NCBI GenBank assembly: GCA_040954595.2
Contig: CM082577.2
Span: 15,755,903 to 15,819,902, forward strand
DNA: 64,000 bases
Source of the DNA: Balanoglossus misakiensis
Lineage: Eukaryota; Animalia; Hemichordata
Reading direction: 5' to 3'
The notes under the pieces were generated by a model. The model was not told the origin of the DNA and searched no databases. It worked only from the letters and a program-made list of their open reading frames with translations. Below, piece after piece: positions 49,257 to 63,156 of the stretch (the stretch's first letter is position 1; each line of letters begins with the position of its first letter). A program made the position numbers and the translations under genes.

Positions 49257-51101
49257 ATGTTTTCTCCAAAAGTTTTTCGGCGAAAACGGCGTGGTCGTGG
49301 CACCTATTGCTGTATGCCAATGTGCACAAACAGCAAGGGTTCTGATTTGGAAGCTGGAATACGGAGATCGTATTATTCTTTTCCTATGAAAGATAAAAAG
49401 AGATTGAAGCTTTGGAACGATGCGATACGACGGGGCGAACCAAACTGGGAGCCGAAGTCATGGATGAGGGTGTGCTCAGATCATTTCCCGAAAGGTACGT
49501 TAGAAAAATCAAGAATCAAATAGAGCATCGTTTATGTGTAGTGTTGGGATAAGTAATAAAAAGCTTGCTTTGGGAGAAACACGAAACGATGTACAAACTG
49601 AAAGTAAGATCCCCTTACAAGATGGCGCGCTACCTAGCAACCGGCATCAACAACGTTGTCTGGGCAGTGTGAATGACGTAATCCCAAACATGGGCATTAT
49701 GAGCGCCCTCTGCAAATCATTTGGGGACGTTGTAACCAGGTTTATACTTTAAAACCCTCGAACCCTAAATTTGTTTCCATTCAAAATGTGTGATTGATGA
49801 TAAAGAAAAGTTTTGAAAACCATTTTGTGTTTCTAATTACAGGAAAGAGTGATAGCCCGTTAGATGAAGGCTATGTGCCGAAACTGAAGATCAAACAAAC
49901 AACTCCGAGAACTAGTCTGACATCATCAAAGCAGCAAGTTAGTCCACTTAAGAACCAAAGAGCATTGATGAAGCCAAAGACTAGGAGGAGGTTAACTTTT
50001 GCCAGGAAAGGAAGACCCCGATCTGAACTGACCATTGTCCCTCCACCATCTGCTGATCACACCTATGTACAACCCTCCATGGAAGAAATTCACAGTGAGG
50101 CCCATAATAAAAATGCAGAAATGGAGTATGAAATTGAGAAACTGAAAAGACAAACACTACGATTAGAGAATATAAAACACAATCCCAAAAAAATGCAGTT
50201 TTGGACAAGATTTCCTAACTACGGTACATTCTATGCTTTATTCAGCTATCTGGAACCGATAGCTAAGAATATGAAATACTGGAGTGGTTCCAGGACCCAT
50301 TTGTATGAACATTTCAGTACCAGATGCTCAAGTAAGCCTGGGTCTGACCGGAAACTGACACTTGAGGAAGAATTTTTTTTGACTTTGGTACGTTTAAGTG
50401 TTGGGCTTTTGCTTCAGGACTTAGCAGAGCGATTTGATGTATCTGTCAGTACTGTGTCTATCATATTTAATACCTGGGTAAACTTGATGTGCATGTAACT
50501 TGAGTTTCTATGCAAACTTCCACCGAGTGTTGTCACTCAAGAAAATCAGTCCTCTGTTGTAAATGATTTCTCAAATATACAAATTATCTTAGACTGTACC
50601 GAGTTATTCATACAGACACCAAAACGATGTGATGCTAAAAAGCAAGTGTTTTCAAATTACAAACACCACAATACATATAAATACCTAGTTGGTATGAGCC
50701 CAAACTTGGCAGTCACATACATCAGTCGGCTGTATGGTGGACGTGCATCAGACAAACACATAACAACACAATCCTGTGATTTGATGGACAGTTTGAGAGA
50801 CAATCAGGGGGCGGTGATGGCAGATAGAGGGTTCAGGATTGAAGTTGAATTGTCAGATATTGGTGTTAAGTTCTATGTTCCAGCATTTAAGGGATGTGAT
50901 CGACCACAGCTTTCCAAGCATGAATTAGAATATTCTGAGAGAGTTTCAACTGTACGAGGGCATATTGAGCGTATTATCCAGCGTATAAAGACGTATCACA
51001 TTCTTGATGGTGATCTGAAACTGTCGATGCTGGAATCAGCAGAGAATATTTTCAAAGTATGTGCATACTTAGTGAATTTCCAAACACCAATTGTTCAATA
51101 A
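49257..51101 (+). pseudogene. THAP + HTH + DDE_Tnp_4 transposase (PIF/Harbinger, ISL2EU type), exons 49257-49494 and 49843-51101, one in-frame stop at 50496
   Basis: THAP (CCMPMC..W..RVCSDHF..YVP); LTLEEEFFLTLVRL..DLAERF; IILDCTELF, FSNYKHHNTYKYLVG, GGRASDK, VMADRGF, VRGHIERIIQRIK. Confidence 0.88.
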
Positions 51102-53008
51102 CAGGTTTGGGCCCAATCTGATTACAATCAGATGTAAGTTTGACTCGATCTTGACCTGATTCTTGGATGTTCTGTTCTTGGATGTCCATCTGTAGTGTGG
51201 CGAACAGACCAGTCAAGAATCAGCTAAGGTAAAGATTGGGCCAACCCTACATGATCTGATTTAATCAGATTGTTTTGGGCCAAAGTGTCAAAGTCAATGT
51301 GCAAAGAGACAGTGAATACATGCAATAAACATGAATGTTTATTTCACCAAAAACATGACTTACATGTATTTATTATGTATAGTACATAGTAAATGTGGAT
51401 AATTGTAGGTCCCAACCCATACTAAAAGCCTGTCCATGAATGTTTTTCTCATTCATTTTCATATTCAGTATTTTCTGGCCTCTATTCCAAATTGACACCC
51501 GAAATGAACATGTCTATTTAAAACATCACCTCAGGAGTGTGCTCTCTAACAAACATAATTCCTCAAAGCTTCAAGTCAATCTGAGGATTTCTAAAATATA
51601 CCTTTGCATATAGTGTGGATAATTTTCTTGCGTCACCAGCGAGTATGTTGAGACAGTGGTGCGTGATATGGACTTAGAGGGTACACTAGACCTTCTACAT
51701 TGTGTCATTTCACATGTCATATTGTCCCACTATTGAGAGAAATTGAGATTAAATATCATTGTTTTTTGAAATTTTGAATCACATTCTTACAAAACTCTGC
51801 AAAGAACTGACATCTAGGCAAACATGTCATGCTTCAGACTTCAGTTTCTCAACACATGGGTTCACATGCACAGGAGTTTCATATTGGCACATTGTATTGT
51901 CAAATATAGAAATGTATTGAACAATGGAATACCATTGGTTATGGCGATGGGTGTGTAACACCTCAAAGTACACGCATAGACATTAGCACAGCAAGATACA
52001 TTTCCATACAGACGCGTTGCCGCTGTGGCGATCGTAGAGATTGGTTCGTTCAAAAGCCAGGGAGGCCAATACACAGGCGGGCAGTAGTACCATGTTGAGC
52101 ATTGTGACCCAGTTTTTGCTTTACCAACATGTAACCGATTGTTTTCGCAGATGATATAGATCGGAACTATCTTCAGATCGATTTCATGGACATTTGAAGG
52201 AAAATAAACTAAAAACGTGACACTTAGGCCTACTGCATTTGGCCTAGAAAATAATCGCGTAAGCTTACCATGTCCACGCAAAACCCCAATAGCTGTAACC
52301 CTTCCCAAAATACACTACGTAACACACCTGTAAAGTTTAATTTGATGCAAATTGAAGTTTGAAATTAGCATATCACTCCGACACGTAAGCATGAACATTT
52401 AGAGTAACACCTGTCAAGCGTGGGCGATCTTGTAAGGCCCAGCAGGGCGGTCTAGAACTACCTGCCCACAACATGATTCATTTATAGGAAGAGGGGTGGC
52501 CAACCAAATTTCACAGTCAGCAATGAAGAATAAGCCTCCTTTGATACAATTTTGTTCGTTCATTTTATTGAATCGTTGTGTAAAACGACGTCTTTATGGT
52601 ATACAAAGCTCCAATGGAGATAATGTCTGTGGAGGATCGTGGTTTAAGTTAGAGATATAAACGGATAATCGTTCACTACTCAATTTATTCGCGTCACATT
52701 TCCGATATTGGCCGATATCAGATATAAGTTTACTACGCATTCCACACAATTTGCGGAACTCAATCCGAAAATGAATACCCACCCCTATTTGAACACATTT
52801 AATATTGGTGAAGGAATATAATGAGAGGTTTACAAATGCGACATTAGATTTATATTTTATAATCTATAATTTGCGCTACACCTTTCCAAAAGTGTGTGAT
52901 CAGTGAAAAATTCAGCTGAATATTTTGGGGGAAAACACAAATCAGTGAAAAGTTCAGCCGAATATTTTGGGGAAACACAAATCTGTTAAAAATTCTGCTG
53001 ATTTTTAA

Positions 53009-53550
53009 GGCTGTCGCACACGAGAGAAATCAGCTGAGCAAAACGCCATTCGAGGAATTTTGCTCAGCAAGTTTCTCTCGTGTGCGGTGGTCTTGAGTAA
53101 TTTTCCTCGAGAGGAAAAAAATATCAAGACAGCAATACGATTGCTTTATTCTTTGCGTTTATAATTTCGTTCGACAATATTTGCAAGTAGCTAGCGCTAG
53201 GCAAAATTACGTTGGTGAGTATGATGTTTGGACGATGCACTCTGCATACCCGGCGCGGCGTACCGCTATATTTAAAAACCTATTGTCTTGAAAATCTTAT
53301 GGAAACTTACTCGAGACATTTTCACTTAACAGTTGAGTTGTGGGCAAGTGTGATCGTAGTAATGGTTTTCACAGGATTTTGAAACAGTTTGTAACTAACA
53401 AATCGTCGATTGTGCAAGGTACATTCCATTGTACATGTTGAATATCGTGATCCGCGGCACAAAAGTAAAAAGATCAGGAAAAATCGGCCGCACACGGAAG
53501 GAAACTTGCTGAGCAAAATTCCTCGAATGACTTTTTGCTCAGCTAATTTA
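53009..53550. mobile_element. Harbinger-like MITE remnant with palindromic terminal block
   Basis: TAA-GGCTGTCGCACACGAGAGAAA..CTGAGCAAAA..TTTTGCTCAGC..TTTCTCTCGTGTGCG hairpin at 53009-53086; inverted partial copy at ~53486-53549. Confidence 0.55.
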
Positions 53551-54520
53551 TGTCAGTTGAAAAAAAATTAAAAGGAAATTCCAAAAATTGGTCGGAAATT
53601 CCAAAATTAGTTTAGAACTTGTCAATGACTAAAATCGGACATTACTCGTCGACGTCCCTACACAAGTTAAGTAAGGGATCCATCCCCATCCCACAGGTGA
53701 GCGGCGCCGAAAACATGAACTGCAGGAAATGTATTTTATTATTTGAAATGGTAGTTTATTCTAGAGGAGAGGAGCAGCTAGTGAAAAAGTGAGGAGCAGC
53801 TAGTGACAAAGTACGTTGTCCATAAGTTTGATATTTACAGTTAGGTACTATATAAATGAGCGATTTATCGGAAGAGCGAAGTAGGCTACTTTTAAGTTAA
53901 ACGTGGTTTTAGTTTTGTATGTTGTAAGTAGTGTTGTATATCAAATATTATCATACCAATATTGCGAGGTGATCAATAATTTTGATGGCGCTTGTTTCGA
54001 TATTATCCATTGAACAGAACAGATCAACGTTATGACAAATCAAACATAACCAACCCAGTATGTGGTGAGGAGAACCCATTAATTATGCGAGAACCAGCAC
54101 CCCTAGCCGACGTGTTCAACTATAAGATGATTTTTATGGTGAAAAATTTCCCCTGGAACATCCTTTGAAAATTCAGCTGAATTTTCTGTACTGAACAAAT
54201 TATATCGACAGAACCCCGCTTTGAAGTTTAAGCACGATATCGTTTCCGTGCATTTCACGCAAAACCATCATGCAAAAAAAGGCAGTATTACGATAATAAC
54301 ATTTCGTTGAAAAGATAATAAAAAAAGGATTTCAATGAACATGTCAGGCGGGGAGTCCTCCTGTGAACCTCGTGACGTCCTGGCGCGAAATTGTGGCGCA
54401 AAATTTGAAGTGTAGTTTGAGAATCTGGGCCAGTGTAGAATTCACCGGGACACGGCAGCAGCGCAGCATACCTGTACAGCTAGTTTTCGATGATCGCGAA
54501 TCGTGCGTATGATAGAGAAC

Positions 54521-55106
54521 ATGACAACTTTCGATGTCTACGATTTTTCCTCCGATGAAGAAAAAATGAAGACCCTGGAAGACCTGTCATTCACCGGTTT
54601 CGAATATAAATGCGAAATATGCGACAAGAGTTTTGGATCCCTGGGGCCGGCAGAGAAGCATGTCAAATCACACCATTGTGTGCGTACCTGTAAGTGTGCA
54701 TTTCTTTCTGTTATAAAAAAATATCGTTCAATTTATTCTTTACTCTCTTCATTTCCCAGTGTCAACATCTTCATTGTTAGATAACATATGTCGTTTTCTT
54801 CCAGTGAATGCAAATCACGGGACCACAGCTCAAGATTTAGATGAACTTGAGGATAATTTAATCCAAACAGGTAACTATTTGGCAATTTTCACACTTACAA
54901 GATTCACGAACTCATGGATACAAAGACTAGCAAATGAGAGACTTTACTGACAGAAACCTCTCGTTATAGCGTCAATACTTTAATTGAATAACTCTAGTTT
55001 TGCATTTTTGTACAGGAATATACGATCGTGGTGGGGAGGAAGAGGACGGGGAGGAAATGACAGTTGACACATAAAGAAGTGTCGAACCTTCCTGGCCCCG
55101 ACAGAC
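54521..55106 (+). other. Small exons including a single C2H2 zinc finger
   Basis: YKCEICDKSFGSLGPAEKHVKSHH in 54521-54680; further short AG/GT-bounded segments at ~54804-54870 and ~55016-55106. Confidence 0.4.
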
Positions 55107-56691
55107 GTAAGTGCTCAAATTCTATAAACTGTACATGTATCGTTGGATTTCAAGCAGAGCAATTTCAAGTAGAGTGGTATTTAGTCAAGACATTTAACAT
55201 GAATTGACGAGAATTATCCATACACGACAACATCTTGGACGAATGCAACCCTACTATTTTGACGACGATGCCATTGATGCGGAAAAATGGCGGGAACGCA
55301 TTACAATAGAGAGGTTTAGTTACACGTAAATACGCATACGTCTGACGGCAGGCAGTGGCGTTCGCGTATGTGTAGCGACGCGTGAATTTTGCGGTTTAGT
55401 TGTCCGTTTTGAATAACAAAATATTTAAAAACAATAGAAAATTCAAATATTTTTCGCTTAAATAAATTTTGTGTGTGATGAATATTCTCTAAGATCACCA
55501 CCCTTGCAATAAGTTTCTTGACTGCAGTGGAAATATAGTTTAGTGAAGTTTTCCGATGTCTTTATCGAGTCATCCACTGAAAACGTAGCATGGGAATAAT
55601 TTTTTGTGTTCATGTTTTGAAAACAGCAAACACTGCCGGTTTTGGCACATATGGCAAAAATTATTCAGATAACATGGATGCTGGCTACATCACAATTGCA
55701 CTTTCAGAGATCAATCGCTCAAATTAAAGAGAGAATATCGACCCGGTGCAGACAAATCCTGGTGCAGGTCTGTCAATCTTTAGCTGTGTAGCATACATTC
55801 CTGTCGGCACTCCGTCTGTTGTAGAAGTTCAAGATTGGCGCCGTCATCGGCTGAACATTGACTTCCGCAATCACGGCCATTGAACAACAAGCGTCAGAAT
55901 GAGCGTTGATCGGAATGACATTGTTTTGAAGGCATGCCTTGAAGTCCTGGTAAGTGTTAAGTTCACATGTGATGTATTTAAATGATTATACGTCGATAGT
56001 TTATTTTGCTGTGCTTAAATCTGTGGAATATATATACTTGTGTCACTTTTGGGGTTAATTAAATTGAGCCATCCCTCATTATGAGGAGTAGGATATACAT
56101 TAGCTGTAGGATATATACAGGTTTTGTTGCTCTAGACCTCTATGCCAGATGACACCCTGCTCAATGTGTTCCACACCAATACAAAATACACCTGTACTTT
56201 GAGCATTTGAAAGCGTCACATTTATCCACTGTGCAATAGAGAATAAGCATGTTTTTGTTGTTTTTTAAGTGCGTATACAGTGCATGGTGTAGTCACAGCA
56301 ATGCATTTTAGGATAATCGACAAATTACTATTAAAACTGACTAATTATTGTTACACTTTACATTCTGTAGACTTCCAAGAGAGGGAACGAATCCAAAGGG
56401 TCGAGCATGATTATCAGACCATCAGACCAAGGAGCAGAAAATTTGTGAATTTTTGTGATTGCGTGAAGACTGTGTTATACTTAAATTGAATTTGTAGTTG
56501 TACCAGTAGTTTTATACTTTAGTATGTGTATTAGGTGTCTCTAATTGTTGGTCGCCTTGCACAGTTGGAATGCTGTTGATCTGTTTGTTGATCATTGCCC
56601 CCTCCCCCCATCCCCTGTCGATGGCAGGCATTGAGGATGCAATATATATTTGTGTTAAATATTTTTGTTGAATAGTACTGAGTTTAAGTTG

Positions 56692-56726
56692 AATTAAAGC
56701 TGCAAGCAGCGTTAGAGGGGCCCAAG
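56692..56726 (-). repeat. Solitary right end of the HINE-like family, inverted
   Basis: AATTAAAGCTGCAAGCAGCGTTAGAGGGGCCCAAG is the reverse complement of the array 3' terminus. Confidence 0.75.
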
Positions 56727-57027
56727 GCTGTTAAAGAAGTACCCGGTAGAAGTTAGGAGGTGGTATTTATGATGGGCATGGGTATTTTCATTTGGAAGTG
56801 TATTAACATAATAGGAAATGAAGACAGCGATGAATGTGTTTGGTTTCAATTGATAATTTATTGAAATTGGAAGCTTGTTGTGAATGGTGATTTAAAATTT
56901 AGTCATAAATAAAATAAACAAAATGTCATATAGTACTTGAAATCTGTAACTAAGTAAGTAACTAATCCTTCCCAAGTCACTGTTCCATGTACATACAATC
57001 ACAAACAAGCATCCACCCCCACCCCCC

Positions 57028-57432
57028 ATGACGCGGCCGTTTTCGCAGACACAAGGGGTCAGAGAAGAATTGGCAAGATGTTTTCGTGCAAATGCATGGC
57101 CGCGGAATCGTTCTCGTCACAGGTCTATGTCTGCAAGTGCGAGCTCGAGGGGAACTGTCACTGCATCCCACGTTCGGAATCGCCCAACTTGGCCTCACAT
57201 TTGGGTCGCATTAGCTATAGTAGGACAAGATTGGGTTCCTACTATCCAGGAGAGGCGGGAATTGTCGAAAGCCGGGCTTGGGGAGAAGAAGCTACACATG
57301 CCTGTAAATTTAAATGGACTCGAAGTCATTGAGTTTCTGAACGATGCATACCCCAAAATCGAAAATGCTGCAGGCATAGAAATTTGCAGAACCACTCGGG
57401 GTTCCAGAAAACTTGAGACTATATCTGTTTGA
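57028..57432 (+). pseudogene. Fragment of a repeat-associated protein (L..AGLGEKK..YPK..G.E.CR motif)
   Basis: Motif recalled from N-termini of invertebrate G2E3/HECT-like repeat-borne proteins; assignment from memory only. Confidence 0.35.
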
Positions 57433-59280
57433 ACCTTTACGAAAAACAGCATTCCACCCACTTGAAAATGACACTAACAGCGAGAGTGAAGACGACGAAT
57501 CCACAGAATCTGATACTGCCAGACTTACACATACTGATTGGTGTAAGTGTGGGAATTGCAGTACCATGTCAACTGTACCGGAATGCATCTGCTGTGTTGA
57601 ACTATCTCAGCCGGCAAACAGGCTTGGAACTAAGCGTCTTTTTGAGCTTATAGTCAAAGTTAAATGACGAAATCTGTCACTTTTACAAGAATACATGTTT
57701 TTACGTATTTTGTTTTTTCTATTCCAAGGTTTCTGCTCAACACCTTTCATGTAATTTCACAATGGTTAACAAAAGAAATTCACCTGCCAAGACGGCGATA
57801 TGATTTTCGGCATCTCTGAAGCTGGTCGGTTTACGTTTTATGAAAATTAGTTGAACGAAAATTTAACATTGCGAGTTTGTGGATCACATCTATTTAAAAT
57901 GAAAAAAAACCCACAACATTTACACATAAATATTGATGAATATGAAAAATTAATGCATGACCATTTTTAATCCACCCTTTTTTACAATAGATGAATGCTG
58001 CATTTCAAATACAGATTCTTTTCAGACTGTTTATCTGAATAGAGATGTATTTGACACTACACTAAAAAGGCTGCATGATGTTAGGCATGACAAAATTGTC
58101 TATCCGCTTTCATATTTGTTTTTACCCGCCATATTTGTTTCTCGAAGTTTATGTCGATTTCAGATTCAGATTTTATAACTGTAGTATCAAAATCATTTTC
58201 TTTGTAAACTCCAACAACAGCATACTGTTTATTCTTATTTTCTGTCTTAGGTGTCAGTAGGTTGGCATAATTTTCTGTATACATGACTTGATTAATTTTT
58301 CTTTTGGTTGTTATTCCCTCATTCAGTATTTAAAATTAAATTGACAAATAAGTCTTTGTGATACACAAGTGGTATTTACTTCCAAAGTAACACCTGAAGA
58401 TGTTTCAGAAGTTGCAACATCTCGGCCATCCTATCCAACCTCAGCCACAACGCAGTCTCGGCCACATACTTTCAACACAATGCTGATTTAAATTACAGCC
58501 ATACTGACTCAATGTCCGACTACACCCAAATTTATAACGCATAATGTACTGCCTAGCCAAAACAGACTATTCTGAAAACGCACATTACCATGTGCGTTTT
58601 CAGAATAATACCATGTGCGTTTTCAGAATAAGAGTATATTCATTACGATATAAATAATTAGTCTGATGTACCAACAAAAACCGTAGTCTCGAACGAATTT
58701 CAAATTTTCCAAGTTCACACACACACTAATTCTCCATTCGACAATTCCATTTGATTTAATATTGTTCATAAGTTCATTTCTCGAGCAAATTTTTGCCTAA
58801 AAGATCAGTGCAAAATCTAAGGGATATAAAATGATGGTCATATCTTCAAGACCTCCACTCTGTGCAGAGAGGTACGTATTACTTAACATTTTTTTATTTA
58901 GTGTTCGACAAACACGCGAAGATGCGGAGTGCTCTAAAGGGGTTCCCGTAAAGATCAATAAACCGTTCTGTAATTGTGACAGATAATTGCTTTTTGAAAT
59001 TAATTGCATAAATATTGATTTCTTGCAGGTTTTCAATCATGTATATCTTGATGAGACCATCTTGGCGATATCAAAGGCTTACCGTAATGATAATGATGAC
59101 GACGATTTTAAGCGATCCAATCAACATGCTGCCTATCGGCAGTTTATCTTACGTCAGCATGGTCTATTGGATGTTGGTGATAGGCGTGTTATACCCAGCT
59201 GTTGTGTGTGGAGGATCAGGGACATATATCTTGATCCATTTAGTAATTACACACGATTTATTCCCAATCGATTTGCATAA
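57425..59280 (+). pseudogene. KolX / P2X7-C-terminal-like (His-Me finger) fragments of Kolobok elements, probably from two copies
   Basis: LFEP..WCKCGNCSTM..ECICCVEL (57425-57625); CCISNTDSFQTVYLN (~57991-58095); HAAYRQFI..G.GDRRVIPSCCVWRIRDIY.DP..NYT.F (59029-59280). Confidence 0.75.
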
Positions 59281-59449
59281 AATACTTTAACAATGAAGTC
59301 CTGGGACAGCTGTTTCGTTAGCCTTAGGCAAAACGGATTCTCCAAAAGTCTGTGCAACAACCGCACTGAACATTGACACTAGTAGTAGCATGTTTGTCGG
59401 ATACAAATCAGAACACCTAGCCAAAGCTCAATCTGAAGATCTTGACTCG

Positions 59450-59936
59450 GCAAAATGAAGTAGGAGACTGCGTCTATCTACTTAACATTGCCACTCATCG
59501 CGGGAAATGTGGGTATTTAGCCATGCCCACTGTGGAAAGGGCCAGGGGTGATAGTGACTAAACTTACACCATACACCTATCGTGAGAAGTTGCCGCGTAG
59601 GGTAATGACTGCTTACCACGACCGCATTACGCTTTGCAAGTCAGCTGACCTCCCTAGGTGGACTACTCGGTTTCGCAAGACTTTGCTACAGAACTTAGAG
59701 GCCGAAAAGGGGGACACTTGTTGCAGAGGAAGTGTATTGCATATGCAGGGGGCTGATGACGGCAAGCTCATGGCGCAGTGCGACAGCTGCTTTGAATGGT
59801 TTCATTGCGCTTGTGTGGGCCTACCAGATAAGCGAGCGAAGAGCGAAGCAAAATTCTTGTGTCCCACATGCAGCAGCGAGACAGAAGATGACATGGATAG
59901 AAAGAGTAGATAGGGAATTTTCTCGTTGGGGGTAAC
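59450..59936 (+). mobile_element. Degenerate 3' end of a Gypsy-type pol: GPY/F region + PHD finger, then purine tract
   Basis: P.W.GPGVIVTKLTPYTYR..YHDRI; VYCICRG..DDGKLMAQCDSCFEWFHCACVGL..FLCPTC (frameshifted); GGGGGTAAC-TG after the stop suggests a PPT/LTR start. Confidence 0.65.
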
Positions 59937-62790
59937 TGAACTCACTTGGTTAGTCCAGTATACGAGTAGATATTAATGCACGTACGTGGTAAATACCATT
60001 TCCTTTATGAGTGCCACTTACAAATAGATTCTCCAACATTTGCTTTTTTACAGGAAACCACGATGATTACTATTGAGAAACTCGAGGCCAGCAGGCTGAT
60101 GGACCCATTTGACTGCGCTGAGATGGCAGTGGCAGCTAACCAGTCAGCCGAAGTGGAGAAGTTTGTGAAGACCCAATATGAGCTGGCGAGAAAGAAAGGT
60201 GACCGTGAGTGGGGATTCGTCGTGAGAGGGTCCCAGGAGGGGAAGTTTTCCCAAGAGTGTTTGACCAGATGTCTGCCACCACCCACCGAAGGCAGCGGCA
60301 TACAACGCCAGACCTGGGGGCGCCGCCATATCCGCAAGGAGGAGACCTCTTTGGTCCAGTAGTGGGGTGCTACCGACAGCAGTGGCACTGAAGAGCCAGC
60401 TGACCCTAGATGTACCAGTGGAAGTGACGTGCTGGAAATCTGTGCTGATACACAGGGCAAAGATGAGCTGATGGGAGGACCTGTTAGCATTCCGGAGTAA
60501 GCCCAGTGGTCCAACCTGAGGAGACACCCAGCAGGGCTGCAGTGGAACCTCTACAAACTTCATAGGAGGGCCCGTCGTCTAGACAGATCGAGATAGATGA
60601 AGCACCTGGTGGGGCAGGGACGGGGCCAACGACGGCGGCCAGCGAAGGAGACCAGCGCGAACTGTCTGGCACGGAGAACCCGAGCACGGAAACCCCCAAA
60701 AGGAAGAGTATTTGGCTGACAGCAGTGGAAGCGAGCGCCAATACGCCACCACCACCGAATATGGTTTCCTTGGGAGCAAGCGCAAGTATGGTTCCTGAAA
60801 CCAGAAATGTATGATGGTCGTGCTGATTTTAGTGAATTCATAACTCACTTTCATATTAGATCTTACTAACTTATTAATGGAATTTTAGAAAAAAAAACTT
60901 ATTTTCAGCCTAGAAATGGTTGCCATAGAAACAAGTCCACAAAACAGTTTTTTTTGTTTGTTCTTTTTTGAGCCAAGTACACCTACAGTTAATTCTTTAT
61001 GGAATCGGACCAATTATTATTAAAATTATTATTTTTATGTGGCTCATTATTTAATGATTGTTCTTCCTATTATAGAACTGGGTTGTCTATTGAAGACGTA
61101 TACGCTGAACTACAACAATTAAAGAAGAGGGTAAAACTAAAACTACCTGAAAAAGAAAAAGAAAACTCTGGCAAGACAAAAACAGAAACAATACGTTACA
61201 GTGGCGTTTCAGTCAAGGAGATTAAAGCTTTGGTCTCGGAAGGTGATGACTTGAGGACAAATGTTAGAATCAGTCCTCTTCAAAGTATTTACTGAGAATG
61301 AGCTAATCAATGTCTCCATCTCAGAAAATGGAACAAGTCACTAGGGATGCGCAGTTGCTAGATCAGAGAGGCTGTGGTGTTTTTTTAGCGATGATTGAAG
61401 GAGTAGGCACCTAAATGTCTGGACATCAAACGTACTGTGTTTACTTTTGATGGAAACAAATATGGTTTATAGCGAGCGGTACACATGCAGGGAACAGCTG
61501 CTATTTCCTGAGTGATGTTATCGTGCAATAAATGTGTAGAAAATGTTGGCGGTACGGGTTGGGGTGGGACAATAGCAGTAGTGCGATGTTGGTAGCTAGG
61601 TATACAGGTATTGCGCATTTTGGTGTTCTTGATGGGCGGACGGGCCGCTGGCTATCTGTGGAAAGTAGCAATAGGCAGTTGTTTGGGGGTGATGCTCATA
61701 TATTTAGTGCATTAAAAGATGAATGTTAGGGATACAAGTGAAGAAGAATTGTAAAGTTTATGTTCTAATGTTAGTTGTTGGTACACGCATATAGAGGGAT
61801 CATTATTTAATGAAGGTATGAAAAGGTGATACACACTATGGAGGAATTGATGGCAGTGTACAGTGTTGATGTATTGTGTATGCGATGTTGAAGAAGAAGT
61901 GGAGGGAAAAGAAAAAAGAGCACGGTTGAAGTTTGTTGGGCATGTGATTACGTGAGAGAATTTAGTAGAGGAAAGCGCGCAGTTATCGCGAAGTTGTGAA
62001 TTGAGAAGAAACTAAGTAATGAAATTGTACTGTAAAAATTGATAGGAAATTATGGTGGCAGACAGCGTGGAGTTGGCAATTGGTGGATGGGAAGAGTGAA
62101 ATATTGGGAAGGGGGAAGTATTGCGATAGTTCGGGTGAGAGTTGTGATTAGTGGGAAAATGATGTTACAGTTGAACAAGGGTGGGGTAGTGGACGGGTTT
62201 GTGGTCAATATGCACAAATAAATGTAGGGAAATTGGAATAGTGGTGGAAGTCGAGAGATGAAATATTAACAGTAGTATAGATGAATGGATGGGAGAATAT
62301 AAAATCTGTCAGGGTAAGGAGCAATTGGGTATTTGTTATTCTGTGATAGACGCACTACTGCTTCAAGGGAGTTGTTTATGAGTGTGGGTAGCGGTGGCCG
62401 ATCATTGTTCCAATGTAGTACGGTGTGATGTATAAACAAAGTTGATAAGAGGTGTAATTAGTGACTGGTCAGCCAAATGGAATAAGTATATGTTGCATGT
62501 TTGTCTGGTTGAGAATTGTGACGGTGTAATGGAAAATGCAGATAGTTGATGTTTTGTGGGTGTGTGACTGAGCAGGTGATAAGTACCGATTACTGGTATG
62601 AGAATTGTAGGGTTTGATGTGAGATTGTGATATATGGAAGGGTGGATGGGGTGGCTTGTTTGCAATGACAAACTGTAACATTAAGCAATATTTTAATTAG
62701 TGTGGCCTCAGCCTCGTTGTGAATGAATTAAGAAAGCTTGTCAAGAAAGTTGCTGTCAGTAGAAGTTGTAACACCAAAGTGGTAAGAAAG

Positions 62791-63156
62791 ATGGAGTCGA
62801 TTACCGGATACATAGTGGACGTCAGCCCGATTAAGACGTCGGCCAAGAACAATAAGTACTTAAACGGAGTGATCCAGAGTGATCGAGAGAAATATCAGGA
62901 TATCGTTTGTTTTTCTCCGGAGAAATATGACCTTTTTCAGTCCGTATTGAAGGGTCACACGGCCGTGAAATTGGACAAAGTTAATTTCGTACCAGCTAGA
63001 GCTAACGTTGGCGTGAGCGATGTCCAAGTGTCAAGGAGGTCATCCATAAATGCGTGTAGCAAGGCTTTGCCATTTTCAATGAAGATGCGTGACGTTAGAG
63101 GTTCTAGAGTGAGCAGTGTGGTCGATGCGAGTGGTATGGCACCAGGTTTTGGTCCG
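62791..63156 (+). CDS. RPA-like OB-fold exon (Helitron/Helentron-associated ssDNA-binding type)
   Basis: MESITGYIVDVSPIKTS..KYLNGVIQ..IVCFSPEK..AVKL..DVQV..SSI pattern; ends at a GTAAGT donor. Confidence 0.55.

Noticed and set aside
52900-53000. ~41 bp tandem repeats; also short duplications at ~53768 and ~58570-58630
   Set aside because: Two to three copies only; ordinary local slippage.
59976-60854. Overlapping ORFs on both strands after the Gypsy fragment
   Set aside because: GC-rich, stop-interrupted and without a recognisable domain; may be LTR or accessory sequence but cannot be supported.
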